DNA of 64,000 nt from Eledone cirrhosa (taxonomy: Eukaryota), in contig OZ024743.1 in the NCBI GenBank assembly GCA_964016885.1, positions 175,646,001-175,710,000 of the forward strand, given 5' to 3'. The translations under genes were made by a program, and so were the position numbers. This document shows positions 1 to 15,100 of this stretch, piece by piece (the stretch's first letter is position 1; the number at the start of each line of letters is the position of its first letter). The notes under the pieces are model-generated. The model searched no databases. It worked only from the letters and a program-made list of their open reading frames with translations, and had not been told where the DNA came from.

Positions 1-130
1 GGTACTTTATTTATCGACCTTGAATGGATGAAAGGCAAAGTTGGCCACGGTGGGCTTTGAACTCAGAGCGCAGAAAGCCGGCACGAATGCCACAAGCTTC
101 TATCCAACACCCCGAATGACTCTGCCATTT
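1..130 (-). mobile_element. tRNA-derived SINE, divergent partial copy
   Basis: GGTACTTTATTTATCGACC..GATGAAAGGCAAAGTT..TTTGAACTCAG is the reverse complement of the SINE core repeated through the window. Confidence 0.65.
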
Positions 131-1132
131 CACCGCGGGATTCGACCTCAGAACGCAAAAGATCTCTGGAACTGAAGCAACAAAACATCCCATCATTTAA
201 CATCCCGGTTTTTAACGATTTCACCACACCTCTAAATTTGTGGCCTTATGTCAAACTTAAATAGTAAAACATCATCTAGCTGTTTTTGTCTGGTTCTGAA
301 TTCAAACATTCCTTCTATCCGTAGTCTATGTGTCTGAGCCATTGAAGATGATAGAAGAGAAGGAACTATAAGGGAAGATTTCAATATACGATCTCAAAAG
401 TTATTTCTGACATTAGTTGTTTAAAAGACAAACAAAGAATAAAAAAAAAAATTATTCAGCAGACAAGCAGATAAAGATTCTCAAACCAAGCCCAGATCTC
501 TAGCAAGGAAAGAAAATAATTCTGTTGGATCTTTTCTACTGTTGAAGCTGGAAACGTCGGAAACCAGAGATTAAGTAAATTCAGAACGACAGGCAATAAC
601 ACTTTATTCTTTTATGTGAGATTTTTCACTTCAATTCAATGTCAAATATACATGACGTAGCATTTCATGCGAAACGTAAAGTGGCAGCAGTGAAAGATTT
701 CTATCGAGATGCTTCCATAAACGCATTTATTATAGAGAACATCAAAACGTGTATGTCCACTAGATTTGACTTTTCAAAGATAGAGTTAGCAATTTTGCTC
801 TTTCGTCTGCTAAATACAGATTTACTCTTTGTTAAAAATCGAACAGATAGAAATAGTGGAACATATTTTGAGAAGAGAATTCATTTATTAAAAGGATTTG
901 GTTTTCATATCTTTATTTATTTATGTTTTATTTATTATTTAGATATAAAGTATAGCTTAAACTTATCACTTATAATGTTTTCATATTCCAATAGGAAAAT
1001 AAAATTAACAACTGTTTTGCAGTAAGCAAAAAGGTAAAAGAAGAACAAAACAAAGGGAGTTAACTAATTATTGAGAAGAATGTGACACAATAGAGACCAA
1101 AGGCGCGGCCTACAGTAATTGATACTACTAAT

Positions 1133-1530
1133 AATTGTTTCTACTTTTGGCACAAGGCCAGCAATTAACCAGTGTATTACTGGTACTTTATTTTATCGAC
1201 CCCGTAAGGATGAAAGGCAAAGTTAACCTCGGCGGGATTTGAACTCAGAATGGCAAGGGCCGTAACTCTATCCGTCAAAGCATGGCATCTGACCCTCTAT
1301 CGGACGCCATGCTTCCGGTAGAGGGTCGCTAATAATTGTTTCTACTTTTGGCACAAAGCCAGCAATTACCCAGTACATTACTGGTACTTTATTTTATCCA
1401 CCCCGTAAGGATGAAAGGCAAAGTTAACCTCGGCGGGATTTGAACTCAGACCATAAAGGGCCGTAACTCTTTGCTGCAAAGCATGGTGTCAGACCCTCTA
1501 CCGATACTGCCAATCCACCGGAGGATCGCT
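1133..1530 (-). mobile_element. Two tandem copies of the tRNA-derived SINE (about 1133-1310 and 1333-1530)
   Basis: Minus strand has A box TGGCAGTATCGG, B box GAGTTCAAATCC, core GCCTTTCATCCTTACGGGGTCGATAAAATAAAGTACCAG and tail GGCCTTGTGCCAAAAGTAGAAACAATT. Confidence 0.85.
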
Positions 1531-1866
1531 AATAATAAAATAATATTCTACAAAATATTTATTTGAATAAGGTGTGGTAGTTGCTTGAAGCATTGTGGAA
1601 TATGAGATACAAATATGACCAAGAAATAACTTTGGTTATTTCGAAGCTCGACAATGCGTGTTTGGTAAAAATGTCAAGGTAATAAAAAAGTAGAAGAAAA
1701 AGAGAACACAGTAAGAATGAGTATGATAGGAAGTCACCTCAGTAAGGGTTCATTAAACATTGCTCAGGTAAATTCCTATAGTCCTCATTCTTTACTTCAC
1801 TCTGTTCTTCTTTATTCTTCTACTTTATTATCATTTTAACATTTTTACCACACATATATATATATA

Positions 1867-1915
1867 TATTTCTGATGATTTCATACGAATGAAACAGTTC
1901 TAGTCCTGTAGAAGC
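1867..1915 (+). ncRNA. Hammerhead ribozyme motif (family A, stem I truncated) in a PLE terminal fragment extending to about 2008
   Basis: CTGATGA-TTTCATACGAAT-GAAA-CAG ttctagtc CTG-TA|GAAGC; homologous to 33751-33918 and 58133-58345. Confidence 0.6.
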
Positions 1916-2007
1916 CATTTCTATATTAAACTCTTGATGTTTTCACTCTACTAATGTATTGTGTACCTTATTCACTGTGCTTATCCACGATTTAACTCAG
2001 GAACTAT

Positions 2008-3420
<1,413 letters not shown>

Positions 3421-3570
3421 GATATGTATATATAACCTAATTAACTAATAAGTATATGACTTCAGCCCTGACTGCAAAGTATAAATTAGTAAACAACGTA
3501 CACAGATTAACACACACACATACATAGACACACACATGTATATACAAACGTACATATATGTATATATATT

Positions 3571-4900
3571 CCCCTATTACAAAACCAACAAAGGCGACGG
3601 CTTACTACCAACGCCTTCCAACCAACATCTTCGTGTACATAAACATGGAAGAGGTAGGAAGAGTGCACCCGAGCATAAAGTGAAAGGGGCACCGAACGGG
3701 CGACTGCGTATTAACACACATAAGAGCGGTCACTTAGATGGAACCACCCGTAGCAAAAGTACAAGAACACGTAATCGCCACCGTAACGTCCTATGGTTAG
3801 ACCCCCCTACTCTCGGAGTGTGACCTCCAACATACCCCGGATGTTCTTCGAAGCCTTAGAGAAGAACTTCCCGCCCAACCATAGGTATAGAAAAATTCTT
3901 AATAGGAACAATATAAAAATATCCTCTACTACTCCTAACCTAGCAGACATCATAGGAACAACGAACCACAGTAAGATCACCAAGACACAGCACCTCGACA
4001 CAGACGCACCTACACCTGACAATAACTATATCGGCCTTAACAACTCCCTGGCAGCATCCAATAGTGTTGGCAACGGCATCCGCAGACGCAACCAGCATAA
4101 CCGCGAAATGACTGGCGAACATGCAGGACATGACGTGCGGAATAACAATCGCACCACCCCGCGTGCTGTGGGTTGTAATGGTGCTAACGACAGCTGCGGT
4201 AGCGTAGGTAACAACGTAGGCAGCAACAATGATAGCCTTACCGTGGGAAATAGACGGAACCGTGACAGAAATTGCAACTGCCGCGACAGAGGACGCTGCC
4301 CCCCTTAGAGGATACTGCTTGACTGATAGGGTTATATATAGATGCACTATTACTAGCCACAATAGCGTTAAACATTATATAGGGGCTATTAGGTTTCGAA
4401 CTCATCTCCACTCTTTCACAAATAGAAAGCTAAGGCACTCCAATGGTAAGGTGGTAACCTCATCTCGTAGCGGATAAAAAAAAAAAAAAAGAATTTGTCC
4501 GGGAAAGACTGCCCTAACACCGGCCAGAGTTACCTCACTTGACCTGCTGCAAAATCAAAACAAGATATTTTTGCGAGCAATGAACCTTGATGTGGATTTA
4601 ACCCCCCAAACTCTTTCCGAGCAATATAAGGAACACTTGTGATTATTTATGCCCTTGAGAAGCCCAACTGGGCGAAACGTACGTAGGTGCTGTTTTAAAT
4701 AAACATGTTTTAACGGTCTATTCTCCGATTTTTTACTTTCCCACGTGCTTACGCTCTGCTAACTCTCTAGCCCACTAAATATTAACACTTCGAATATTTA
4801 ATACTGCCGGCACTAGTATCGAGCACCTTTGGCATACGCTACTTGGCAAATAACTATATGTATCACCTATCCCCCCTTTTTTTTCTCTTTCTCGATACGT
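3571..4900 (+). mobile_element. 5'-truncated Penelope-like element (linker plus GIY-YIG, frameshifted) between (TA)n tracts
   Basis: RNVLWLDPPYS..FFEALEKNFPPNHRYRKILNRNNIKIS, CNCRDRGRCP, DRVIYRC..HYIG; parallels the C-terminus of ORF 48650-50485. Confidence 0.85.
4651..4690 (+). ncRNA. Minimal hammerhead motif with U3-A8 core
   Basis: GCCC-TTGAGAA-GCCCA ac TGGGC-GAAA-CGTACG-TA|GG; palindromic stem III, weak stem I. Confidence 0.6.
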
Positions 4901-4964
4901 AAATACTGTATATGTATATATATATGTAAAAATATATGTTCATATATATGTATATATATATGTA

Positions 4965-5017
<53 letters not shown>

Positions 5018-5019
<2 letters not shown>

Positions 5020-7037
5020 TCTTTTACTATTTCACTCTTTTACCTGTTCCAGGCATCCGGTTGAGGCCATGCTGGGGCACCGCCCTTGTTGTTACACGTT
5101 CTATCTCCAGCCTGTGTCCGCTGGTCATTGGATCAAGGGAGAGTTCGTTGCTGCTGCCCTTAGGCTACCTTCGTACCATGCTGTGGGCCCATTCGGGATA
5201 CTGGATAGCAGAGTGGCAAGATGTTCATTGAAAACATCCACGTCCACACCATGCAGACCTCTCAAAATTTGAGGGCCTTTGAACTTCAGGCTATTGCAAT
5301 AGCTGCGTCTTATTTTATTTGTGAAAGACGGGACCTTTGGCACCACACAGTGACGTCCTGTTCGAGGGTTGGTCTAGCTCTCAATGACAAAGTTTGGTGC
5401 TAGTCGCTCCAGGATTTTTCATATGTATATCACTGCGTATCACTCCCGTCCTCGTTCCAAGGGGTAGAGTTTCAGTTCTTTTAACCTCTCCTAGTAGCTC
5501 ATCTTCATCGTGGCAATCCTCTTGGTGTAGCTCCGTTGGATTACCTCAAGCACCGTGGTTAGTTTGATACTATGGGGTGACCATAGCAGTTGTCTAGTTG
5601 GCTTTGGACAAATGTCCTCAATAGTATCAACATGGTCTCTCGGTCTTTTGTCCGGAAAGTTCAAAAGATCCAGCCAGTGAGTCGTCTGCACTTTGTCGCC
5701 ACCCTCATGTGTGAAGAAAAAGATACATCGTCGCTTACGTCAATCCCCAGTTCGCGTATCGATTTCGACTCGGGGATTTCGATCCCTTTTGGTCCGGTGT
5801 AGCTGTGTTGTACTGTCTCTGTGTTATCAGGTTAGTATTATAGGGCATTAAACTGTATGTTGTTGTCCTCAGCCCATTTGTATATGGCATCCAGTTCTTG
5901 TTGTAAAAGGGCAGCATCAGTCGGGTTTTTGATTGCCTGTGCTACCTTTGTGTCATCAGCATAGCTAGTGAGGGATGTTGTATGTACTACAGAGGGCATG
6001 TCTGAGAGAGCCACCAAAAACAGTAGGGGACCTAAGACTGTGCCCTGGGGCACCCCACTTATTATTGATGTTTCTTTTGAGAGGGCCCCATTGGTTGCAA
6101 CTGTCTGGCTTCTGTCTTTTAAGAAATCATGCAGCCACTCACCTACTTTTCCAGTTATGTCGAGTCTGTGTTGTTTGTGACATATTATTCCATGGTCGAC
6201 CTTGTCAAAGGCCTTCGTAAAGTCAAGATATATCACGTCCACATGTGAGCTGTCCAACAGTTGTTTCAGTACCCAATCATATTGTTGTAACAACTGTGTA
6301 AGGCAGCTTCTTCCTGGTCGAAAGCCATGCTGCGTGCTAATTAGGCGGTCATTTTCCTCGAGGAATGTGATCAGTTTCTTTCTGATGATTCATTCTATGA
6401 CCTTACTGATATGTGACGTCAGGGAGACTGGCCTGTAGTTTTTGGCCTCCGCTCTGCTTCCTCCTTTATGGATAGGGCATAACATACCTTCTTTTAGCTC
6501 TCTGGGTAATTTACCGCTAGCCAAAGAACTTCTGAAGAGAATCCTCAGTGCTCTTGCTAAGGCACGCTTACATGGTTTTAGGAGGACTTCCGGGAATCCA
6601 TAAGGTCCAGCAGCTGAGTTTGTTCTAATTTCTTCTATGGCGGATATTGCATCTTCCCCCATTATGTCTATGTGGTTGATGGTCGCCATTTCTTTGTGGA
6701 GTGTTGTGACATCAAAGAAATCCTCTGGCTTTGTTATTTGCATGTACCTCAATGGAGATGTGAACATACCTTTGTACTGTTCATTCATTATTTCATTCAA
6801 ATCCCGCCGAGGTTAACTTTGCCTTTCATCCTTACGGGGTCGATAAAATAAAGTACCAGTAATGTACTGGTAATTGCTGGCCTTGTGCCAAAAGTAGAAA
6901 CAATTATTTCACTTATCCCTTGGGGATCCTCGGTTAATGAACCATTTTTATGGAAGAGTGACCCAATATTGCAATGTAAAGAGGCAGTTTCTTTTGCAAA
7001 TTTAAAGAAGGCCTTAAGGTTTGTTTTAATATTTTCT
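5018..7037 (-). mobile_element. 5'-truncated CR1-group LINE (RT part of ORF2, disrupted)
   Basis: NYRPVSLTS, DVIYLDFTKAFDKVDH, SGVPQGTVLGPLLF, YADDTK, AAATNS; same family as 52758-56710. Confidence 0.9.
6797..6902 (+). mobile_element. 5'-truncated SINE inserted in the LINE
   Basis: SINE core; flanking duplication ATTATTTCA at 6788-6796 and 6903-6911. Confidence 0.85.
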
Positions 7038-7357
7038 ATTTATATATTTTCTACCCCCCCCCCCTCCCTCACCCCCACACACATATGTATGTATATATAT
7101 TTTTACATAAATGTTCATTTATGAAATTTGAAATGCGTGCTCCCGACGCAAATAACCATAATCAATCGTTGAGAGAATCGATCAAACGGAGTGGGATAAC
7201 ATTAGATGAAGGTGCTTATGTCTTTTGGTGTCCTTTACACGATTTTCTCAACTATTATTTATAGTACCGACTATGATTATGGTCATTTGATTAGGATGAA
7301 CACATTTCAAATTACAAAGTTTCTCGATACTTCAAAGTTAACTGCTTTTTTTTACAT

Positions 7358-7360
7358 ATG

Positions 7361-7412
<52 letters not shown>

Positions 7413-7492
7413 ATTTTAATAACATATATCAATACACACACACACACACATACACACACATACACACATACACACACTTACACAAACGCACA

Positions 7493-7559
<67 letters not shown>

Positions 7560-7713
7560 GCGTGTGTGTGTATATATATATATATATATATCAAGGTAAT
7601 GCATTTCGATTATATATGTATCCTTGTTATAATCTCTAATAAACAAAATACACACACACATATATAGACTCATACACTCACTCAAGCACACACACTCGCC
7701 CCCCCCCCATATA

Positions 7714-7763
<50 letters not shown>

Positions 7764-7765
7764 CG
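7358..7765. repeat. Compound (CA)n/(TA)n microsatellite
   Basis: Direct reading. Confidence 0.9.
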
Positions 7766-8194
7766 CATCACACACGTCCGTATAAACAGATTTTTTGGTC
7801 TATATGAAAAACAAAATAAATCAACTGAAACACATGAAAGAACTTATTAGAGATTGTCAACAATAATAGACCTATATTACTTTTCCTTTGAATCTTATCC
7901 AAACTCCAATTCTTGCTGGACGGCCATTGTTTTGTTAGTTTACGATGTTATTTTTCCTACATATTCTTAGAGAACCATTATGGCTTTGAGATTGTGACGC
8001 AATGGCTGCAATTTCTTTCGGTGTCCTTTCCTTTCGTTTTGCATCAATTGCGGTTTTCATATTTATTTATTTATCTATTTATTTATTCATTTATTTGTTT
8101 ATTATTTATTTATTATTATTATTATTTGGGTGGGGTGGAGTGGGGTTGGGTGGTGTGGGTTGGATGAAGTATTTTCTTTATATTTCATGAGAAA

Positions 8195-8320
8195 TAAGAC
8201 GGCATAGAATTTTGCGGTATTTGCTCTGGCTTTCTGCACTCTGTGTTCAGCTCCCGCCGTCATCAACTTTCTTTGTCATACTTTCGAGGTCGATAAATAA
8301 AGTACCAGTCAATTACTGGT
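8195..8320 (+). mobile_element. Old divergent SINE copy
   Basis: TTTCGAGGTCGATAAATAAAGTACCAG core. Confidence 0.55.
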
Positions 8321-8706
8321 GGTAGGGTTGGGTTTCTTCCTCTCTCTCTATCACTTTATAATTTTTTCTGTATCGGATTCTCTGAAAGGAATCTGATATC
8401 TACCAACCTGGCAAGAAATAAGAACCAGATTTTTTTATATATCAAAGACGTATTTCACGACCACGCCCTTCCGAAGCCATAGCATGGGCTTCAGAAATGT
8501 AGAAAGCCTGATGTGTATAGAAAGGCAGATAGTTGAGCATATAGTGAACTATTCATAAATGTTTCTTAATCTCAATTTAACTACTGCAAATCAAGTTAAC
8601 CAGTGAGTCCTTACGTGACCATCCCACCCGCAAGATATATCTCCAAAACCTCCCCAAATTCACTTATTAAGCCTTATTAAATATATATGTATACATACAT
8701 ACATAG

Positions 8707-9135
8707 ATTATACCTGTGATTATTGGGGCACTGGGATATGTTAGTAACTGCCTCAATACAAATCTCGAGAAGCTGGGCTTCACAGAAACAGAAAGAACAC
8801 GACTAGTTAGGAAATTACAGGTACAATGCATTAATGGAACAGTAAAAATATGTAAAACATTCCAAAAATTCTGCATCTAATAACTGCATATCCATGTGTA
8901 CAGAATCAAAGCATTTACACATGCACACATATAACTCAAAACATCCACATCCACACATACAATAACATCTATACCTGCACAAACATGCATGCAGACATGC
9001 ATACATATCTACATAGTTGATGTCTAAATCCCAATGATGTATCTATGTTTCTACAGTCTTGTATCTATGTTAGAAACCGACTCTCTCTCTCTCTATTGGT
9101 AAACATTTATAAAATTATAAAACCAGAAGAACATA
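8707..9135 (+). mobile_element. 3' end of an R4/Dong-like non-LTR retrotransposon (RLE C-terminus plus 3' UTR)
   Basis: 8707-8880 translates IIPVIIGALGYVSNCLNTNLEKLGF..LQVQCINGTVKICKTFQKF*; PxxIGALG is typical of RLE-type elements; flanked by (TACA)n. Confidence 0.7.
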
Positions 9136-9234
9136 CATATAAATGTATTATATATGTTTATATATATATTTTTTAAAGTTTTTATATACAACTTTATTAT
9201 GGTTAAACGCTGTCACAGTGCTATTGCCAATTAA

Positions 9235-9668
9235 ATATAGAAGTGATCTTTGCATATAGAAGTATCTCTTGCTTATTGAAGCGTTTCGCTTCTTATAGCA
9301 GCCTCACTTGATCACAGAAACGTCTTTTACTTATAGAAGCGTCCATTTCCCAGAGAAACTTCTCTTTCTCATATGAGCGTTCCTTATTCAGAGAAACGCC
9401 CTTTGCTTATAAAGTGTCCCTCACTCATAGAAGCATCCGTAGTTCACGGAAGCGTCTCTTGTTTAAAAGAGCGTTCCTCTTTTCATATAAGTGTTCTTAT
9501 TTTTTTAGGAGCATTTCTTGCTCATAAATCTATTCCTCTTCTCACAGAAGTGTCCCTTACATGTAGACGCGCTTTTTGTTTCTTTGAAGAGTATCTTACT
9601 TCGCTTATAGAAGCGTCTTTTGCTTATAAAAGCATCCCCTGCTATTAGAAATATCGTTCTTCTCAGAC
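9235..9668. repeat. Degenerate minisatellite, about 19-bp unit (TTATAGAAGCGTCTCTTGC-like), roughly 20 copies
   Basis: Recurring (T/C)ATAGAAGCGTC units at about 19-nt spacing. Confidence 0.7.
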
Positions 9669-9954
9669 AAAATAAACCTTGACATGGTTTTGGAACTGTT
9701 TAAAGAGAAAGCAATGTATAGTACAGCACAAAATAACAATGCAGAAAGATAACTATGTAATCCTGTCAAAAAACTAAGCCAAAAACAAAAGCAAAAAACA
9801 CTGGAATTCTTTAACCTTTCCGTATTTTTCCTTTGGTCTAATCTTTCGTCATTAAACGTCATAAGCTTGGGTATGTACCGCTCTTACCCACTTACCAACT
9901 GACGTATGTACGCATAGACATTTAGAAATGTTCTTTATCTTGTTCTAGTTAAGA

Positions 9955-10470
9955 GTGGTGGAGTACCGGAATCGGTAGAGTGTCGGACAATCCCTGCGGT
10001 CTTTGTTCCTGCTCTTTACTTTCTTAGTTCGAATCTTAACAAGGTGAAATTTGTCTTTTATCTGAGGCCGGGATTAGGTTCAATTCGTCTCCCTCGCTCT
10101 CTCCTTCACATTCAGGCCCCTCCCTCTCTCACACACACTCCCTCTCACTCACTTTCTCTCTTCTTTCTCGGGCAGTAGCCGACTGTACTTAGATTGATCC
10201 CTCTGTGTGACATCTTAGAAAAGTGTCATCTGCCATAGCCTCGGATCGACAAACACCCTCTGAATGAAATTAAGTGGACGGAAACTGTGTGGAAGCCCAT
10301 CGGATCGACTTTACCACGTAATTCAAACTGGCAGCATTGTCACACACTGTGCCACACTGAATCTTTGTGAATTACGTTAAGGGTACATGTGGCTGTGGAA
10401 TGCTCAGCCACTACTCACATCAGACCTGTCAATTATCCCCGTCAGACGAGGAGATCTCCCACCCACTTTA
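9955..10470 (+). mobile_element. Degraded SINE-like fragments
   Basis: A/B-box-like head at 9955-10060; further dispersed-repeat-like sequence follows. Confidence 0.4.
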
Positions 10471-11514
10471 GGGGGTGGGGGTGAGAGATGTTTTCTCTTG
10501 TGAAAATGGGTATAGCTTTCATTATGTAAAATCTCCCCATGTTGCTTCATTTTCCCCCCGTTTTGGGGCTCGTTTTTCATGGTACTCTCCATTTGAGTTT
10601 TTAGAAATTGGTAGGTATACCACATCATAATTTCACGAGCAAGCAAATGGAGCACTTGTCGTCGAAACTGACCGAGATACATCGGTATCGGTTATCTAAA
10701 TATTTGGTGGCATCATGTTTGTAATTACGTTTATAAAATTGTTTCCAAATTTATTGTCTAACTAGATGCTGTATAGAACTTCTGTCATTGAATATAGTTT
10801 GTCAGCTTTTGAAAGGTGTTAGGAATTTTGTAATCAATTTTTCAGGGATACCTTACAAATGCTAGTTCTTCACATTGAAGCTGTAGTTTACTGTAGAAAC
10901 TTATAAGGTGCTCTGTTGCTTCTAGCTCTATTTTGAATTAAATTATCACTTCGGGATCATTCTAATTTATCGAATTATTATATTCCTTTCGGATTAACTC
11001 TTTCAGGTTTTTTCATATTGTAGTTCTTCGTTCTTATTGATATCCATACAACACGTTTCTTAATTCTGTTTCACTATTTACTTACTTTTCACTATTTCAT
11101 TTTCACTATTTACTTACTCGGTTAGCTTGTTCTAATTGAAAATAGCCATGTACACATTTGCCGATATCAAACTTCATGTTAATTCTGGAGCTATGAGTAT
11201 TTATAGTTTAGGAAAATATTTCTTGTCTGTGTCTCTTAGCAACCTCTTATAAATAAGGTTTTCTTGATAGAAAAATATCAAGAAAGAAGCATCCAGGAAT
11301 ATTTCATTTCTGATAAAAATTCGCTTTTTTTTAGAAACACTAGATTGGTATTTAACAGTATTACGTAAACAGCTTTTTAATATGAATGCAAATTTACAAA
11401 TTTAATAGAAGGATTTGAGACAATTTAATCATACCAGTACAGGACTGATATAATTTAGTGAAGAAGTCGAATATTATTTATTACGTCGGTTAAACAATGG
11501 ACTATGTATTGCTT

Positions 11515-11810
11515 ATAGGCACAAGGCCAGCAATTTTTGGGGAGAGCGAAAGTCGATTAAATCGACTCCAGTGCATAACTGGTGCTTTATTTTATCAACC
11601 CTGTAAGTATGACGGGATTTGAACTCAGAATGCAAAAGACCGTAACTCTATGCCGCAGGGTGTCCGACGCTCCACCGTTTCTGCCAATCCATTGCCCTAT
11701 TGTATTGCTTATAATAAGAATTGTTTCTAATTTAGGAGTAAGGCCAGTAATTTCGGGTCAGGAGAATTTATTTTATCGACTCCAGAAGGATGACAGGCAA
11801 ATAACTTAAT
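11515..11810 (-). mobile_element. Two divergent SINE copies
   Basis: GGCACAAGGCCAGCAATT..TTTATTTTATC..GGGATTTGAACTCAG. Confidence 0.7.
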
Positions 11811-12284
11811 AGTAATGATTTACAGAAGATTAACATTAAGGAACATAAAAACCAGAGAATGGTATTGCGTGACATGTATGCGTTTCTGAACAGAATAAGT
11901 AACATCAGATAAGTAAACTTGTTTTAACTGCTTATCGAAACCAGGTCGTGCAAATTTGGCTTGTTCTGTATCGATTTTGACACTACACAACTGAAAATGA
12001 CTTGAGAAATGAAATATGCGAAATGTACTATGAGAAAAATATCGATTTTTCATAAGCTATTACCATTCATATAGGTCCATATATTTATTTGCACACGAAA
12101 TTCATAACGTGAGATGCACATATAGATTAGAAAAGAAATAGAAGAAAAAAGAGAATAACGAATGTTTTTTTTTAATATAATGCAGATAGAAGAACATTTT
12201 GTTTAAGAAATTTAGATTATTAAATTGTCTGACACATTTTAGATGAGAATTATTTTAATATTTTATTTGCAATATATATATATA

Positions 12285-12364
<80 letters not shown>

Positions 12365-12739
12365 CGTGTATATATATATATGTGTGTGTATGTATGTTTT
12401 AAGTTTGTATGTTTGTAATGAATGTGTGTCTATGTATAAGTATAATTGTTTATTACATATTTTTTCTTGCTATTATATTGGAAATGTCATTTCGATCTTG
12501 AGGTACTGGACCAAGAAAAATAGTAGCCAGTTACAATAAATGTCTTGACAACATTCGTTTTTCTCATTTTATGATGAAATAATTTAGATACTCCGGACTA
12601 ACCCATCTGTCTCTTCGACTATTTTGAGTTCCATTCTTTCCATCTCTGAAGCCACGCTCTCAGTAATTACACCCATCTTTCGTCTCCAGAATGTCGACTT
12701 ACTGAAATCCCATAACAACAGTGATTATTTTAATGTGCA

Positions 12740-12836
12740 TTAAGGTTAACTTTGCCTTTCATCCTTACGGGGTCGATAAAATAAAGTACCAGTAATGTAC
12801 TGGGTAATTGCTGGCCTTGTGCCTAAAATAGAGACA
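12740..12836 (+). mobile_element. 5'-truncated SINE with 16-bp TSD
   Basis: ATTATTTTAATGTGCA at 12724-12739 and 12837-12852. Confidence 0.9.
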
Positions 12837-13684
12837 ATTATTTTAATGTGCAGTTGGCGCCTGCTTGTGTAGTTTAGGATTAATTTCGTGCAGTAAGTTT
12901 GTATCAAATACAACATACACTTACATGGCAAATGATGCTTAAAAGACTTAAGACATTCATAAAATGTTTGAAATAGCAATTACGAATGTTTCTCAGATTC
13001 AGAGAATATTAAACGCTGGTTAGACACCGAGTCAAAATTTCTCTGCAGTTTCAAATTACTTTAAAATAAACCCTTCAACACACCAATGTTAATGTTGGTA
13101 TTTAGCACACAGTTAATCTTGATCAGGAGGACCAATGATCAAAGGTGTTTCAGCCATGCCCACCTCATCGAATATTCAGGTAATGGATTACATTATACAT
13201 TGCACCTTTTAGAGGGTGGTTTAAGGGATATTCAGCTGCTATTTCCTGCAGGTCTAGCTGTTTTTCGTCAATTTGCAACTGCCCAAAAGGAACAATAATC
13301 TAACCCCTCCTCTCAAACACAAAGCTGCCACATAGGTAACACTACCGGGTTGCGCTTGCTTGCCTCTTAGCAGAGTTCACCCAGTGATAAGCATTCGGAC
13401 CGATTTTCCAGTTTGGGGATGCCTTTCTTCCCTCTCCCAGTACTCTTGGAAACTTAAATACGGGGCATGAACCGTGTCCTTCGTAGTGATTAAATGATAA
13501 AAAGAAATGCACGAAAATGCAGTTCCGGGGATTGAATAGGCACAGTCGATTTTCGATGCCCGTAAACGGCCACTTATCTACTTTCTCAGAAACGATTATC
13601 GGGAAGATCGGCAACTGGCTTACTGTCACACGTGTGATCAAGAAATGCGTTCAAGAAATGCGTTCAAGAAATGCGTTCATTATT

Positions 13685-13985
13685 ATCGATAAAATAAAGT
13701 ACCAGTAATGCACTGGTTAATTGCTGGCCTTGTGCCTAAAGTAGAAACAATTATTGTTATTTGTGCAGGGCGGTGGATTGAGTAGCATAGGTAGAGCGTC
13801 GAACAAAATGCTTTCGGCATTTGTTAAAACTTTCTACGTCCAGAGTTCATATATCACCAAGGTCAACTTTGCCTTTCATCATTGTGAGGTCGATAAAATA
13901 AAGTACCAGTTAAATACTGGAGTCAATTTAATCGACTATCTCTTCCCTGAACGTTTAAACTTTCTGGCCTTCTATTAGAAATCGT
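13685..13985 (+). mobile_element. SINE 3' fragment followed by an older full-length SINE
   Basis: Core motifs as in the other copies. Confidence 0.7.
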
Positions 13986-14309
13986 TATTTGTGCAATATT
14001 CTCATTTTTGTGAATAGAATTACAATTGTCAAACTTCGTCTTAATTTAAATATATGTTTGGTTAGTTGTATGACGTTAAACATATTAACCGAGGGTGAAG
14101 ATCAACGGTTACAGTGTCTTTCGTTGCAAGCATTATAGTCCCGTAACTCCCGAAGGAATCGTAGAGCCAACGTATTGACATACGAGGTTTCGAGGGTATT
14201 TTTAAAACCTGGTGGAGCCCAATTCTCTGCAGGTTAGACTACAGCAGATTTCTTCTAGAGAAGGATAGAGTGAGTGAGAGAATGGAAGTAAGAAAGACAT
14301 ATAGACGAA

Positions 14310-14470
14310 GAATCAACCCCAGTACTATACTGGTACTTTTTTTCGATCTTGAATGGATGAAAGGTAATGTTGACCTCGGTGTGATTTGAACTCAGAGAGC
14401 AGAGAATCGGAACGAATACCGCAAAACATTCAATCCGACGTTCTAACAGCTCTGCCACTTCTTCGCTTAT
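14310..14470 (-). mobile_element. Old SINE copy
   Basis: GGATGAAAGG..GACCTCGG..TTTGAACTCAG. Confidence 0.6.
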
Positions 14471-14959
14471 TTTCTTATTATATATAGACATAGATAATTT
14501 TACTGAAATTGTATAGCAATTTACATAAGTCATTTTCATATTCATAACTCAAAGGGAAATGCATTTAATTATTTCCATTGGTTCTACAACCAGCGTGACT
14601 GTATGAAACATTTCCGATGTTGATTTTGTTTAGATATTCTCTGATGTCAACGGTGCTATGTCAAGTCGTGGAAAGAATATTGCTATAGTCATGAATAAAC
14701 GATTACTTCAATGAATATTATCAGAAGAATAGTCATGTATATATATATATATTTATTAATAACGAAGGAAATGTGGTAAGGAACCAGATGAACCAAAACG
14801 CACCAAAGTACTCAATACTTAGGGTAGTAGAGTGGGTAATAGGAACGAGTAGGACCCCGATGGCTGAGCTCAGGCCGTTTCGACGGCTAATTCTGTCCAG
14901 AATTAGCCGTCGAAACGGCTTGAGCTCAGCCGTCGGGGTCCTACTCGTTCCTATATTTA

Positions 14960-14996
<37 letters not shown>

Positions 14997-15006
14997 ACGA
15001 GTAGGA

Positions 15007-15100
15007 CCCTGACGGCTGAGCTCAAGCCGTTTCGACGGCTAATTCTGGACTAAATGAACATTTTTATCCTGGTATATGAATAGCCGAGCTTCTCAGGGGG
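15007..15100 (-). ncRNA. Hammerhead motif, family B
   Basis: Reverse complement of 15553-15646. Confidence 0.55.

Noticed and set aside
639-1025. 128-aa ORF as a host exon
   Set aside because: No recognisable motif; C-terminus is AT-rich low complexity
9235-9668. Possible CRISPR-like array
   Set aside because: No constant repeat with unique spacers; eukaryotic context
10600-11400. Possible ancient retroelement coding remnant on the minus strand
   Set aside because: Too degenerate to support a call
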